In this document: positions 11,224-21,592 of the stretch, one piece after another
How positions within the stretch are numbered: the stretch's first letter is position 1
How the letters are laid out: the number at the start of each line of letters is the position of its first letter
Assembly (NCBI GenBank): GCA_965263035.1
Contig: OZ253580.1
Coordinates: 3,904,001 to 3,968,000 of the forward strand
Direction of reading: 5' to 3'
From: Acidobacteriota bacterium
Lineage (GTDB): Bacteria; Acidobacteriota; UBA6911; RPQK01; JAJDTT01
DNA length: 64,000 bases
The notes under the pieces: generated by a model
What the model was told of the DNA's origin: nothing
The model's database searches: none
Seen by the model: only the letters and a program-made list of their open reading frames with translations
Program-made: the position numbers and the translations under genes

Positions 11224-11338
11224 CTAGTGCGCCAATCGACCTGACCCGCATCCCGGCGTGGAATCTGCGGATGTTGTCTCCAACCCGGACCGGTATCTCG
11301 TTACGGGGCTCTGGACGCTCGCCGACTCGAAAGTAGGC

Positions 11339-11770
11339 CTATAAATCCGCGGCCATAGTAGATTTGGCATCCGACCGGCGCTCCAAGTAGCTCAACGCGG
11401 CGCGTAGGAGCAGTCCTGATCGCGTCTCCCCTTCACGGGCCGCAGCTTGATCCACGATTGCCAGAACGCGCGCCGGCACCGTGATGTTGACCCTCTTGGC
11501 CTTGCTCGACAGCTTGGATATATCGATGGCCACCACAGCCCAAATTCCGTCCTCATAGTCTTTGTTGGCTCGATGAGCTTCGAACGGTGTCTTCGCGGGA
11601 ATCGGTTCATCATCCAGCAGCAGTCCTTCGAGATGGCAAGCGATGGCCTCGCGAGCGGACTCGATGGCCTCCTCGAAAGTGTCTCCGGCAGAGAAGCAAC
11701 CCGGCAGATCCGGAACGCTCACTCCGTAGGCGCTCTCTTCGTCTTTGTGAATTACGATTGGAAACAGCAT
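11339..11770 (-). CDS. hicB: HicB family antitoxin
   Basis: YGVSVPDLPGCFSAGDTFEEA and C-terminal RHH-like KRVNITVP. Confidence 0.92.
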   Translation of the reverse strand: MLFPIVIHKDEESAYGVSVPDLPGCFSAGDTFEEAIESAREAIACHLEGLLLDDEPIPAKTPFEAHRANKDYEDGIWAVVAIDISKLSSKAKRVNITVPARVLAIVDQAAAREGETRSGLLLRAALSYLERRSDAKSTMAADL

Positions 11771-11964
11771 CAGCGTTCTCTCCATTTCCATTGAGCTTGT
11801 GGAAAAATGTTGCATAACGTGCCATTTGGAATGTGCTTGCTCGGATGCTTTACGGTGACACGTCCCGACTCTTCGGCGTGGGTAAACTGGTGGTGGCTCC
11901 CCCGGGTGTTCCGCAGCACCCAGCCATCCTGTTTCAACTTCCGAATGATATCCGCACTTTTCAC
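11770..11964 (-). CDS. hicA: HicA family mRNA interferase toxin
   Basis: GTG start, IIRKLKQDGW..RGSHHQFTH..GRVTVKHP; stop overlaps the hicB start (TGATG). Confidence 0.88.
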   Translation of the reverse strand: MKSADIIRKLKQDGWVLRNTRGSHHQFTHAEESGRVTVKHPSKHIPNGTLCNIFPQAQWKWRER

Positions 11965-12251
11965 AATGTGTATAGTACACATTTTCGGGTCCGTGCCAAC
12001 TGTACACACCAACACTGCTGTTCCCGATGTCGGATCAGCCTCAACCGCGCCTGCTTTCTCGTGAGAGGAGACGGTGAGCACAGACGGTTCAGGTGGGAGT
12101 AGGCTACCGAGTGGCAAGTAGAAAAGACCGTCGGTCTCTGCCGAAGTGTCGTTAGGAATGGATGGGATTATGAATCTCGGTTGGCGGAATCCGAATCGGA
12201 TTTCCGGATTTCCTGTTCACCCGGAAGGCCCGTCTTGAGCCTCAACCAATC

Positions 12252-12644
12252 TCACGATCCGGAAGGCTCGCCCCCATCCTCATCGCCGGACCCGAGGATC
12301 TCGTGGACGGCGGCGATTCCTTCCCAGGCCGCCGGGAATCCGGCGTAGGGCGCGATGTGGAGCAGAGTCTCCACGATCTCCTTCCGGGTGGCGCCGTTGC
12401 GGCGGGCCATACGGATGTTCAGCTCCAGGCCGCGCTGCCGCCCCAGGGCCGCCAGGGCCGCGATGGTGCAGAGGCTCTTGGTCCTGCGGTCGAGACCGGG
12501 CCGGGCCCAGACTTCTCCCGAGAGGAAGCCGATGACGTAAGCCTCGAAATCGGGTGAGATCTCCTGCCATGCCCGTTGCACCTGGCCGGCCTGATCCTCT
12601 CCCAACATCTCTTTGAGAATCCGGAGTCCTCGTTCCCTGTTCAT
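12252..12644 (-). CDS. Carboxymuconolactone decarboxylase family protein
   Basis: GEVWARPGLDRRTKSL and YAGFPAA motifs. Confidence 0.85.
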   Translation of the reverse strand: MNRERGLRILKEMLGEDQAGQVQRAWQEISPDFEAYVIGFLSGEVWARPGLDRRTKSLCTIAALAALGRQRGLELNIRMARRNGATRKEIVETLLHIAPYAGFPAAWEGIAAVHEILGSGDEDGGEPSGS

Positions 12645-12654
12645 GTGCGCTCCT

Positions 12655-13431
12655 TCATAGATTCAGGCCGCCGCAGACGTGAATGGCCTGGCCGGTGACG
12701 CTTCTGGAGGCGTCCGACGCCAGGAACAGGACCATGTCGGCGATATCCTCAGGCGGGATCATGCGCCTCAGGGCGATGTTGTCCGTGAACTCCGCCCTCA
12801 GTTCGGCGCCGGGCAGACCCGTGGCCACGTGCCGGTCCCGAAGGACCCGTTCGATCCTGTCTCCTTCCACGGGTCCGGGACAGATGGCGTTGGACCGGAC
12901 GTTGTAGGGTCCCAACTCGGCCGCAAGGGTCCGGCTCAGTCCGAGGACCGCCCACTTGGAGGCGGCGTAGGGCGCCCTCAGAGGAAAACCGATGCGTCCT
13001 GCCATGGAGGAGATGTGCACGATGGATCCGAACCGCCGGGCCATCATGTGGCGGTAGACGGCCTTGTCGCAGAGGAACGACCCTGTCAGGTTGACCGCGA
13101 ACACGTCTTCCCATTCTTCCAGGCTGACTTCCGAAATGGGCGCCGTGGGACCGGCGATTCCCGCGTTGTTCACCAGGACGTCGATGCGACCCCACCGCAC
13201 CAGGATCGTCTCCACCGCCGACTCGATCTCTCGTGGCTTCGTCAGGTCCAGGTCGATGGCCAGAGCCTCTCCTCCCTGGTCTTCGATTTCACGGGTGGTT
13301 TCGCGGACCCCGTCTATGCCAGTGACGGCGACCCGGTAGCCGCGATCCGACAAGGCGAGGCTGATCTTCCTGCCCAGGCCCACGCCGCCGCCGGTCACCA
13401 TGGCCGTGGGTTTCGAGTCGGCGTTGCTCAT
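12655..13431 (-). CDS. SDR family oxidoreductase
   Basis: TGGGVGLG, NNAG and YAASK motifs. Confidence 0.9.
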   Translation of the reverse strand: MSNADSKPTAMVTGGGVGLGRKISLALSDRGYRVAVTGIDGVRETTREIEDQGGEALAIDLDLTKPREIESAVETILVRWGRIDVLVNNAGIAGPTAPISEVSLEEWEDVFAVNLTGSFLCDKAVYRHMMARRFGSIVHISSMAGRIGFPLRAPYAASKWAVLGLSRTLAAELGPYNVRSNAICPGPVEGDRIERVLRDRHVATGLPGAELRAEFTDNIALRRMIPPEDIADMVLFLASDASRSVTGQAIHVCGGLNL

Positions 13432-14309
13432 CAGTCGATGATCTTGTTGAGAGGGTATTCCACGATCCCCACCGCCCCGGCCGTCCGAACCCGGGGAACG
13501 ATGTCCCGCACCACCGCTTCGTCGATGATGGTGTTGATGGCGGTCCAACCATCATCGGACAGAGACGAGAGGGTGGGTTTCTGGAGCGCCGGCAGGATAT
13601 TCAGGACCGCTTCGAGACAATCCAGGGGAACGTTCATCATCATTCCCACCTTCCCCTCGGCGGCCATGGCTCCTCGAAGCATCAGCACGATGTTCTCGAT
13701 CTTCTGCCGCTTCCAGGGGTCTTCCCAGGCGGCCTGGTTGGCGATGAACCGCGGGGTGCTCACCAGGATCGTATCGACCACCCTGAGGTTGTTGGCGCGC
13801 AAGGAGGAACCGGTCTCCGTCACCTCCACGATGGCGTCGGCGAGCCGGGGAGGCTTCACCTCGGTGGCGCCCCAGGAGAACTCCACGTGCGCTTCCACGT
13901 TGTGGCGTTTCAGGTAGTCCCGGGTCAGATTGACTCCCTCGGTTGCGATGTGCTTTCCGGCCAGGTCGGCCGGTTCGCGAATGGGCGAATCCTCGGGTAC
14001 GGCCAAGACCCACCGCACCGGTTTCCGGCTCACCTTGGAGAAGACCAGCTCGGCGACTTCGACCACCTGGGCCCCGTTCTCCACGATCCAATCGTGTCCG
14101 GTCAGGCCGGCGTCCATGACTCCGTCCTGGACGTAGCGGGCCATCTCCTGGGCCCGGATCAGGATGCACTCGATCTCCGCGTCGTCGATGGACGGATAGT
14201 AGGACCGGGAGCGGAAACGGATCTGGTATCCGGCCTTGGCAAAGAGTTGGGCCGTCGCCTCCTGGAGACTGCCCGCGGGAATTCCCAACGTCAAGATTCG
14301 TTCGCTCAT
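13431..14309 (-). CDS. hisG: ATP phosphoribosyltransferase (long form)
   Basis: [38 protein letters not shown]-terminal regulatory domain. Confidence 0.95.
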   Translation of the reverse strand: MSERILTLGIPAGSLQEATAQLFAKAGYQIRFRSRSYYPSIDDAEIECILIRAQEMARYVQDGVMDAGLTGHDWIVENGAQVVEVAELVFSKVSRKPVRWVLAVPEDSPIREPADLAGKHIATEGVNLTRDYLKRHNVEAHVEFSWGATEVKPPRLADAIVEVTETGSSLRANNLRVVDTILVSTPRFIANQAAWEDPWKRQKIENIVLMLRGAMAAEGKVGMMMNVPLDCLEAVLNILPALQKPTLSSLSDDGWTAINTIIDEAVVRDIVPRVRTAGAVGIVEYPLNKIID

Positions 14310-14710
14310 TTGGATTTCCCGCTCCCGTAGACCTTGGATGGGTCGAAAACCGGCTCCGCCGAGACGGCCAGTGTCCCGTCTTCCACCTTCCGAAAAAAGC
14401 AACTCCTGTAGCCCTTGTGGCAGGCGGCGCCTCCCACCTGAGTGATCCGGAACAGAAGAGTGTCGGCGTCGCAGTCCACGTGAACCGATCGGATCTGCTG
14501 CACGTGTCCGCTCTCTTCTCCCTTGCGCCAGAGACGGTTGCGGCTCCGGGAGTAGTAGCAGACCCGGCCGGTGCGGAGCGACTCCGCCAGCGCCTCCGGA
14601 TTCATGTACGCCAGCATGAGGACGTCGCCCGTCTCGTCATCCTGAGCGATGACGGGGACGAGCCCTCCTTGCTTGTCGAAGTCGATCTGGTCCTGAATTG
14701 ACACGCTCAA
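14306..14710 (-). CDS. hisI: Phosphoribosyl-AMP cyclohydrolase
   Basis: [24 protein letters not shown] and [10 protein letters not shown] motifs; start codon uncertain (TTG 14710 or GTG 14704). Confidence 0.93.
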   Translation of the reverse strand: MSVSIQDQIDFDKQGGLVPVIAQDDETGDVLMLAYMNPEALAESLRTGRVCYYSRSRNRLWRKGEESGHVQQIRSVHVDCDADTLLFRITQVGGAACHKGYRSCFFRKVEDGTLAVSAEPVFDPSKVYGSGKSK

Positions 14711-15747
14711 CCTTCCTTTCCCACGGTGTCGAACATGGGTGCCAAGTCCCGGTGGTGATAGAAAAGCGCCGGCGTTCCGCCGGTGTGCACGAAGACGAGG
14801 TTGTGGCCCTTTAGCCAGCGGGCCCGCCGGACGTCCGCCAGGAGAGCCCCCATGGCTTTGCCCGTATAGACGGGATCCAGAATGATCCCCTCCCGCCGGG
14901 CCAACAGGGAAATGGCCTCCAGGCTTTCGGGGGTGGCGATGCCGTATCCGGCGCCGATGTAGTCGGGGCTCGCCTGAATGTCCTCCAGCGTCACGGCCGG
15001 CTCGAGTCCCAGCATTTCGGCCGCGCCGTTGGCCAGTCTCGCCATGTAGGAAGCGGTGTCGAAAGGCCACTCGATGGGCATGATCGCCTCCAGGGCCGCC
15101 TCCCATCCCAGCAGCTTCCGGCCCAGGAACATCCCCGCGCCGGTGGAGCCGCCGGAGGAGAAGTAGACGGCATCGGCTCTAACGCCCTGCTCGTCCAATT
15201 GTTCCCGAATCTCCAACAATGCCAGGGTGTAGCTCACCGCGGCCGCGGCCCGCGACGCCGGGTCGGCGATGGTGAAGACGTTTCGTCCTTCGCTCCTGAG
15301 GCTGTCGGCCTTCTCCTCGATCTTGTTCCAGAGGGGCGGCCCCATGGGTTCCGAGTTGAGTTCGATCCGGGCCCCGACCAGGTGATCCAGGAGGAAGTTT
15401 CCCTGGAATTCCATCTCGGCGTGATCCGTGGTCAGGACCAGGTGGCAATCCAGTCCCAGTTTGGCCGCGGCAGCGGCGGTCTGACGGCAGTTGTTGGACT
15501 GGATTCCGGCTCCCCAGACCAGGGTATCGGCGCCTTCCTCCAGGGCCCTCCCCAGGATGAACTCGTTGTGCCTGGCCTTGTTTCCGCCGAAGGCCAGCCC
15601 GGTGCAGTCGTCCCGCTTGATGAAGATCCGGGGACCACCCAGCGCCGAGCTCAGCCGGGGAAGCTCTTCGAGGGGCGTGGGCAGATGGGCCAGGGGGACC
15701 CGGGGAAGACGGTCGATCCTTGCTTGAAGTTCCTGGGGGCTGATCAT
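14707..15747 (-). CDS. D-cysteine desulfhydrase / ACC deaminase family PLP enzyme
   Basis: [30 protein letters not shown] and HTGG motifs. Confidence 0.9.
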   Translation of the reverse strand: MISPQELQARIDRLPRVPLAHLPTPLEELPRLSSALGGPRIFIKRDDCTGLAFGGNKARHNEFILGRALEEGADTLVWGAGIQSNNCRQTAAAAAKLGLDCHLVLTTDHAEMEFQGNFLLDHLVGARIELNSEPMGPPLWNKIEEKADSLRSEGRNVFTIADPASRAAAAVSYTLALLEIREQLDEQGVRADAVYFSSGGSTGAGMFLGRKLLGWEAALEAIMPIEWPFDTASYMARLANGAAEMLGLEPAVTLEDIQASPDYIGAGYGIATPESLEAISLLARREGIILDPVYTGKAMGALLADVRRARWLKGHNLVFVHTGGTPALFYHHRDLAPMFDTVGKEG

Positions 15748-15900
15748 CTCTTGGTCTTTGGATTGGAGTTTACAAGCTTCGATCAAACGATTGGTGGGGC
15801 GGGCAACGGAGCCCGCCACCGGACGCCAGTTTACCAGCCTCCGGTGAAACTCCGGCGCCGCATCGTCCGAATGCCCCGCGGCGGGCGCACGTCCGGACCG

Positions 15901-17490
15901 CTATTCGATTGCGGCCTCCTTGGCGTGGGTGTACAGCAACTTGCCCTTTTCGTCGTAGAAGGTGAAATCCATGCGAGCCTGCCCCTCGCCGGTCCGGTCG
16001 ATCTTCATGAGCAGGAAACCACCGGTGGGTTCCTCGTAGTGGTAGGGCTGTTTCACTTTTCCCTCGGGATCCGAGGATTTGGGATCGCCCGGAAAGTACC
16101 CGATGATCGCGTTGGCGTCGATCATCGAGCCGACGGAGAATTCCTGGAAGCCGGAGGGGTGGACCGCATGATACTGCCAGTGGCGATCCCCGCAGATGAT
16201 GACGAAGCGTTCGGGAGAGAACTGGTTGTCCGTCAACCAGCGGAAGAAATCGTTGCCTTCATATCGGAATCCACCTGGGTTGATGTGGTTGTCCCGCTTC
16301 GAGCCACTGCCGGGTCCCACCATGGCTGTCGCGGAGAGAAGGACCTTGAAGGTGGCGTCGCTCTCCAGCAGGGTTCGCTTGAGCCAATCCCTCTGTTCCT
16401 TCCCCCAGATCGACTTCCGGGGACCGTCGGGAAAATCGTTGGGGCTGCGGTAGTCACGTCCCTCCACGATCCAGATCTGGAGGTCCCGGTTCACTCTCCG
16501 CGTGGAGTAGGTCACCGTATCGGATGCTCGTGGATCGACGACCGGATACTGTTCCCGGAACATCCGGACCCCCAGTTCGTGGGAAGGAGCGGAGCCGGAA
16601 CCGGAGTGCTTCGAGTAGAGGTTCTCCTTGGGGTAGGCTCCGATCCTGTCCTGGGCATAGACGCGGGCCGGATTGACCGGATCGGAGTCGTTGAACCGGT
16701 AGTCGTGATCGTCTTTCAACCAGTAGGTGGCCACTCGGGCGAACAGATCCAGGAACCTTTGCTGCGAGTACTGCTCCTGGTGCTTCATCCGCAATTGGTG
16801 CTGGGTCTCCGCCCGTCCTCTCATCTGGTGGGCGCTTCCGGGGCCGTCGTAGTAGACGTTGTCTCCCAGACCCACGAAGTAATCGGGCTCCAAGGCCAGA
16901 ATGGAAGCCAGCGCCGGATAGCCCAGCGCCTTGTCCGGTCCGCTGTAGGGCGGTTGGGAGCCCCCCCCGGTGTAGTGGAATTTGCTGTAGTGCATGCAGG
17001 TGGCGAGGGCGAAGCTGTAGGAGACCTGCCCGGTTTCCCCGCCCAGGGTGGTGAATGCCGCCGCCGCCGATTTCTTGAACCGTGACTTGTCCGGTCCATA
17101 GACCAGGCGAAAGTGGTAGCGGGTCTCCGGCCGCAGCCCTTCCACCTTGACCTTCACGATGTAGTCGTTCTCCGGGAGGGCAGCGAGCCATTCAGTCCGG
17201 ATCGAGTTCTTGAAATCAGCCCCGGCCGCCACCTCGAAGCGGGCGATTCCCCCGATGCCCAGGACTCCCGACCAGCGGGGGTCGACGAGGCGATCCGTCG
17301 AGGTGAGACGGGACTGGAGTATCGCCGACGTGTCATCCACGGCTCCCGCCATCAGGCCGTGACCCAGCTCCATGGGAAAGGGATCCGCGGACTGGGAAAA
17401 GCCCGGGGTTCCCAGAGCCAGAAACAGGACCGGCGCGGGGATCCGGGACAGGCGGCCGATCCTTTCTCTAAGTTCCTGGAGACTGATCAT
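15901..17490 (-). CDS. PhoD-like alkaline phosphatase D family protein, copy 1
   Basis: GDNVYYD, KDDHDY, GRDYRS and GDRHWQY motifs; N-terminal signal-like segment. Confidence 0.88.
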   Translation of the reverse strand: MISLQELRERIGRLSRIPAPVLFLALGTPGFSQSADPFPMELGHGLMAGAVDDTSAILQSRLTSTDRLVDPRWSGVLGIGGIARFEVAAGADFKNSIRTEWLAALPENDYIVKVKVEGLRPETRYHFRLVYGPDKSRFKKSAAAAFTTLGGETGQVSYSFALATCMHYSKFHYTGGGSQPPYSGPDKALGYPALASILALEPDYFVGLGDNVYYDGPGSAHQMRGRAETQHQLRMKHQEQYSQQRFLDLFARVATYWLKDDHDYRFNDSDPVNPARVYAQDRIGAYPKENLYSKHSGSGSAPSHELGVRMFREQYPVVDPRASDTVTYSTRRVNRDLQIWIVEGRDYRSPNDFPDGPRKSIWGKEQRDWLKRTLLESDATFKVLLSATAMVGPGSGSKRDNHINPGGFRYEGNDFFRWLTDNQFSPERFVIICGDRHWQYHAVHPSGFQEFSVGSMIDANAIIGYFPGDPKSSDPEGKVKQPYHYEEPTGGFLLMKIDRTGEGQARMDFTFYDEKGKLLYTHAKEAAIE

Positions 17491-17516
17491 TTTGGGAGTT
17501 GCCGGATTGGGGTCTG

Positions 17517-19104
17517 CTATTCGAGAGCGGCCTCCTTGGCATGGGTGTAAAGCACCTTGCCCTTCTCGTCGAAGAAGGCAAAATCCATTCGAGCCCGCCC
17601 CTCGCCGGTCTGGCCGATCTTCAGGAGCAGGAAACCGCCGGTGGGTTCTTGGTAGTGGTAGAGATGTTTCACTTTTCCCTCGGGATCCGATGAAGTGGCG
17701 TCGCCCGGAAAGTGCCCCAGAATCGCGTTGGCATCCACCAGCGCGCCGACGGAGAACTCCTGGAATCCGGACGGGTGGACGGCATGATACTGCCAGTGCC
17801 GGTCCCCGCAGACGATCATGAACCGGTCCGGAGAGAATTCTTTGGCCGTCAGCCAGCGGAAGAACTCGTCTCCTTCATGTTGGAATCCCCCCGGGTTGAC
17901 GTGGTTGTCGCGCTTGAAGGCGTAGTCGGGTCCCACCAGCGGGGTCGGGGAAAGGAGGACTTTGAAGGTGGCGTCGCTCTCCAGCAGGGTTCGTTTGAGC
18001 CACCCCTTCTGCTCCTTCCCCCAGATCGTCTTCCGGGGTCCGTCGGGAAAGTCGTTGGGGCTGCGGTAGTCGCGTCCCTCCACGATCCAGATCTGCAGAT
18101 TCCGGTTTCACTCTTCGCGTGGAGTAGGTCACCGTGTCTGAGGCCCGTGGATCGACGACGGGAAACTGTTCTCGGAACATCCGCACCCCCAGTTCATGGG
18201 AGGGAGCATGGCCGGAACCGGAGTGCTTCGGGTAGAGGTTCTCCTTGGGATAGGTTCCGGTATCCGACCCGTCATAGATTTGGATGCGGACCGGATTGAA
18301 CGGATCGGAGTCGTTGAACCGGTAGTCGTGATCGTCCTTCATCCAGTAGGTTCCCACTCGGGCGAACAGGTCCAGGAACCTCTGCTGCGAGAACTGCTCC
18401 TGGTGCTTCATCCGCAGTTGGTGCTGCGTCTCCGCCCGTCCTCTCATATCTTGGTCGGCTCCCGGGACGTCGTAATAGACGTTGTCTCCCAAACCCACGA
18501 AGAAGTCGGGCTCCAAGGCCAGGATGGATGCCAGCCCCGGGTAGCCGAGCTCCTTGTCCGGTCCACTGTAGGGTGGTTGGGAACCGTGCCCCGAGTAGTG
18601 GAAGAAGCTGTAGTTCATGCAGGTGGCGACCGCAAAGCTGTAGGAGACCTGACCCGTGCGTCCGCCCAAGGTGGTGAAAGAGGCCGACGGGGATTTCTTG
18701 AACCGTGACTTGTCCGGTCCGTAGACCAGGCGAAAGTGGTAGCGGGTCTCCGGCCGCAGCCCTTCCACCTTGATCTTCACGATGTAGTCGTTCTCCGGAA
18801 GGGCGGCCAGCCATGCGGTCCGGATCGAGTTCTTGAAATCGGCCCCGGCCGCCACCTCGAAGCGGGCAATGCCCCCGATTCCCAGGACGCCCGACCAGCG
18901 GGGGTCGACGAGGCGCTCGGTCGAGGTGAGGCGGGACTGGAGAATCGCCGTCGTGTCATCCACGGCGCCCACCATCAGGCCATGGCCCAGCTCCATGGGA
19001 AAGGGGTCCCCGGACTGGGCAAAGCTCCAGTTCCCCAGCGTCAGGAACAGAGCCACTGCGGAGATTCGGACCCAACCGGTCTGGCGGGTGATTCTGGTGG
19101 TCAT
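17517..19104 (-). pseudogene. PhoD-like phosphatase, tandem copy 2, frameshifted
   Basis: Highly similar to 15901-17490; one extra T near 18106-18108 (ggtttcac vs ggttcac) splits it into ORFs 17875-19116 and 17517-18083. Confidence 0.8.
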
Positions 19105-19148
19105 GACCTCCTCCAAGTCCCGGCATCATAACCGATTTGGGGTGTCTG

Positions 19149-19172
19149 GGAGGGGCGACTTTCTTGTCGCCC
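19149..19172 (+). repeat. REP-like palindrome in the 3' exon of the intron
   Basis: GGAGGGGCGACTTTCTTGTCGCCC. Confidence 0.75.
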
Positions 19173-19460
19173 ACTGGATCGGGTCGGGCGCAGGGGATTG
19201 CGCCCCTGCACCCTCCCACACCACCGGACGTACCGTTTTCAGTATCCGGCGGTTGGAGTCACCCGAGGCTCTTTCGAGCCTCGTACAGGGCCTTTCTTTC
19301 CGGTTTCCGCCGCCGCTGAGACTTGATCTCCGCCCTTCCGGCTTGCCGGGCTCCACCCGTGGGCCTTCCATGCCGGGTCCGAGGGGCCTCCCCCCGCCCC
19401 GTTTTCGGAGGTATTTGCGATCCCGCTGACGAGTCCACCATAGGGCCCGTCCGACTCCTT

Positions 19461-21242
19461 TGGAGTTGACCCGCTTTCGTGGACACATCCAAAGTAGGGG
19501 AGTAAGGAGGGATCCACGATGGCAAGAAAGCAGAGACGGTATCCGCCGGAGTTCCGGCGGGAGATCGTAGGGCTGGTGCGCTCGGGGCGATCGCCGGAGG
19601 CACTGGCGCGGGAGTTCGAGCCCTCGGCTTCGGCGATCCGGAAGTGGGTCAAGCAGGCCGATCTGGACGAGGGGCACCGGAGCGACGGGTTGACGAAGTT
19701 CGAGCGCCAGGAGTTGCGTCAGGCGAGGCGGGAGATCAAGCGCCTGCGGATGGAGCGGGACATCCTAAAAAAAGCCGCGGCTTGGTTCGCCCGGGAGAGC
19801 GACTCGATCCCAGGAAAGGATTCGAGTTCGTAAAGGCGCACCGGGCCCAGTTTCCGATTCGGGTGATGTGCCGCGTGTTGGGTCTCTCCCCCAGTGGGTA
19901 CTACGCCTGGTTGAAACGTCTGCCCTCGAACCGGGCTCGCCAGGACCAGGCGCTTCGGGAAAAGATCGTGCAGATCTGGAACGAGAACCGGAGAGTTTAC
20001 GGTCGGCCTCGTCTGCATGCCGAACTGAGAGCTCGAGGGGAACGGACGAGCCCGAAGCGTGTGGGCCGATTGATGCGGGAAGCGGGAATTCAGGGGGTGA
20101 GCCGGAGGCACCGGAAGGCCGGGCTCACCCGGAGGGACCGGAAGGCGCGTCCCGCACCGGACCTGGTGAACCGGAACTTCGCGGCTGAGGGACCGGATCA
20201 GCTCTGGGTGGCGGACCTGACGTATGTTCGCACGCAGGCGGGCTGGTTGTATGTGGCCGTGGTCCTGGACGCCTGGAGCCGAATGGTCGTGGGCTGGGCA
20301 ATGGAGACCCATCTGCGGTCCGAACTGGTCGAGAATGCGCTCGCCATGGCGGTGATACGGCGACAGCCGAAGCAGGTGATCCACCACTCGGACCAGGGGG
20401 CACAATACACCTCGACGGCCTTCGGGAAGAGATGCCGGGAGGCCGGGGTGCGGCCGTCGATGGGCTCGGTGGGGGACGCTTACGACAACGCGATGTGCGA
20501 GAGCTTCTTCGCGACGCTGGAATGCGAGTTGCTGGACCGTCACCAGTTCCGGAATCCGAATCAGGCGAGGCGGACCGTCTTCGACTTCATTGAGGGATTC
20601 TACAACCGGCGCCGCCGACACTCGGCGCTGGGCTACGAGTCGCCGGTCCGCTACGAGCAGCAGGCAGCGTAGGACCCACGGCGTCGTCGAAACTCGATCC
20701 GGACGACGAGATCCTCGATTCGTGCTCTCGCCGAGTGCAGTGATGACCTGCTGGGGTCGTCTTTCCTGCCTCCAATGCCGGTCCTGCGGGCCGGGAGGCT
20801 CAGAAGGACTGACGCCGCCTCACGAACCGGTTCGTTTTCGCGCTGCTCGACCACGAAGCCAGCACCATCACCGTCGCACCAAGCGTCGCGCGCGACACGA
20901 TTGAAGAGGGCAGGGGGGCGCTGCCCCCCTGAGACCCCCGGATGCAAAGAGATACACACCACTCTTAAATCCCTGGAAAGAAAGCGCCGAGGCCCCCTCG
21001 TTACGCGGTATCCCATTGTGGAAAATCAGAGATTTCCCACAACGTGAGCCCTTTTGCTGACGCCTCCATCAGTCCCCCCACAGAAGAAAGAACGCTCTGT
21101 CAATGGTCAAAACCCTGACATTTTCTATGGCCATTGACATTCAGCGGGAGGAAGTCTTGCTCCCCAACGACAGAAGGAGTATTACAACCTAGACCAACGT
21201 AAACCGCACTAATAAACCGTCCACGAAAACGGGACACCTTCA
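19461..21242 (+). mobile_element. IS3-family insertion sequence (1782 bp)
   Basis: TG...CA ends, TIR TGGAGTTGACCCGCTTTCGTGGAC / GTCCACGAAAACGGGACACCTTCA, 3-bp target duplication CTT (19458-19460, 21243-21245). Confidence 0.93.
19519..20672 (+). CDS. IS3 transposase OrfA/OrfB (programmed -1 frameshift)
   Basis: OrfA 19519-19833 (YPPEFR..ILKKAAAWFA); A7G at 19767-19774; OrfB WVADLTY, HHSDQG, DNAMCESFF. Confidence 0.93.
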
Positions 21243-21592
21243 CTTCGGTCCTTCGCTCCACCGGCATTATCCGGCTTCTTCGCTACTATGACCTCTGCTG
21301 ACTTCTCAAAGGCTCTCACCCTTGAGATCTCCCCGAGTAAGGTGCTGCATCTTTCCCCCCGGGCCGCCCGGCTCTACCTGGTACGTCTGGATGGGGTTCG
21401 GGTTTCGCTGTTGCTCGCCAGCTCACCGCCCGCACCCGGCCTCGCTGCCGGTTCGTGTTCCTGCGGTCGTGGGTTTGCCTTCCGCTTCCTTCAGCTTCAC
21501 CTCGCGGCTACGCCTTGCGGTTCGGCTAGGGTTGGTCCCATCACCTCCCTTGGGATCTTTCATCCCTTAGATACAGCCCATGTCGGGCGCAC

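Larger units (their letters stand above)
19178..21592 (-). ncRNA. Group II intron, class IIC-like, ORF-less, interrupted by IS3
   Basis: 5' end GTGCGCCCGACATGG; AGAAGTCAGCAGAGGTCATAGTA (J2/3-DIII); DV AACCGCCGGATACTGAAAACGGTACGTCCGGTGGT; DVI and 3' end GGGAGGGTGCAGGGGCGCAATCCCCTGCGCCCGACCCGAT; about 630 nt without the IS. Confidence 0.9.

Noticed and set aside
11142-11336. Small ORFs beginning in MITE copies (also at 50914 and 57311)
   Set aside because: They arise from the repeat sequence and have different read-through tails; no coding evidence
11771-12007. Long 222-aa HicB or a HicA-HicB fusion
   Set aside because: The extension is an alternative frame over hicA; the TGATG coupling at 11768-11772 gives the normal two-gene layout
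19126-19677. ORFs overlapping the intron 3' part as an intron-encoded protein
   Set aside because: No RT motifs; they are antisense readings of IS3 orfA running into structured RNA
19178-21592. Calling the element a bona fide IStron
   Set aside because: The intron is group II, and the IS3 has its own TIRs and target duplication, consistent with secondary insertion; co-mobility is not shown
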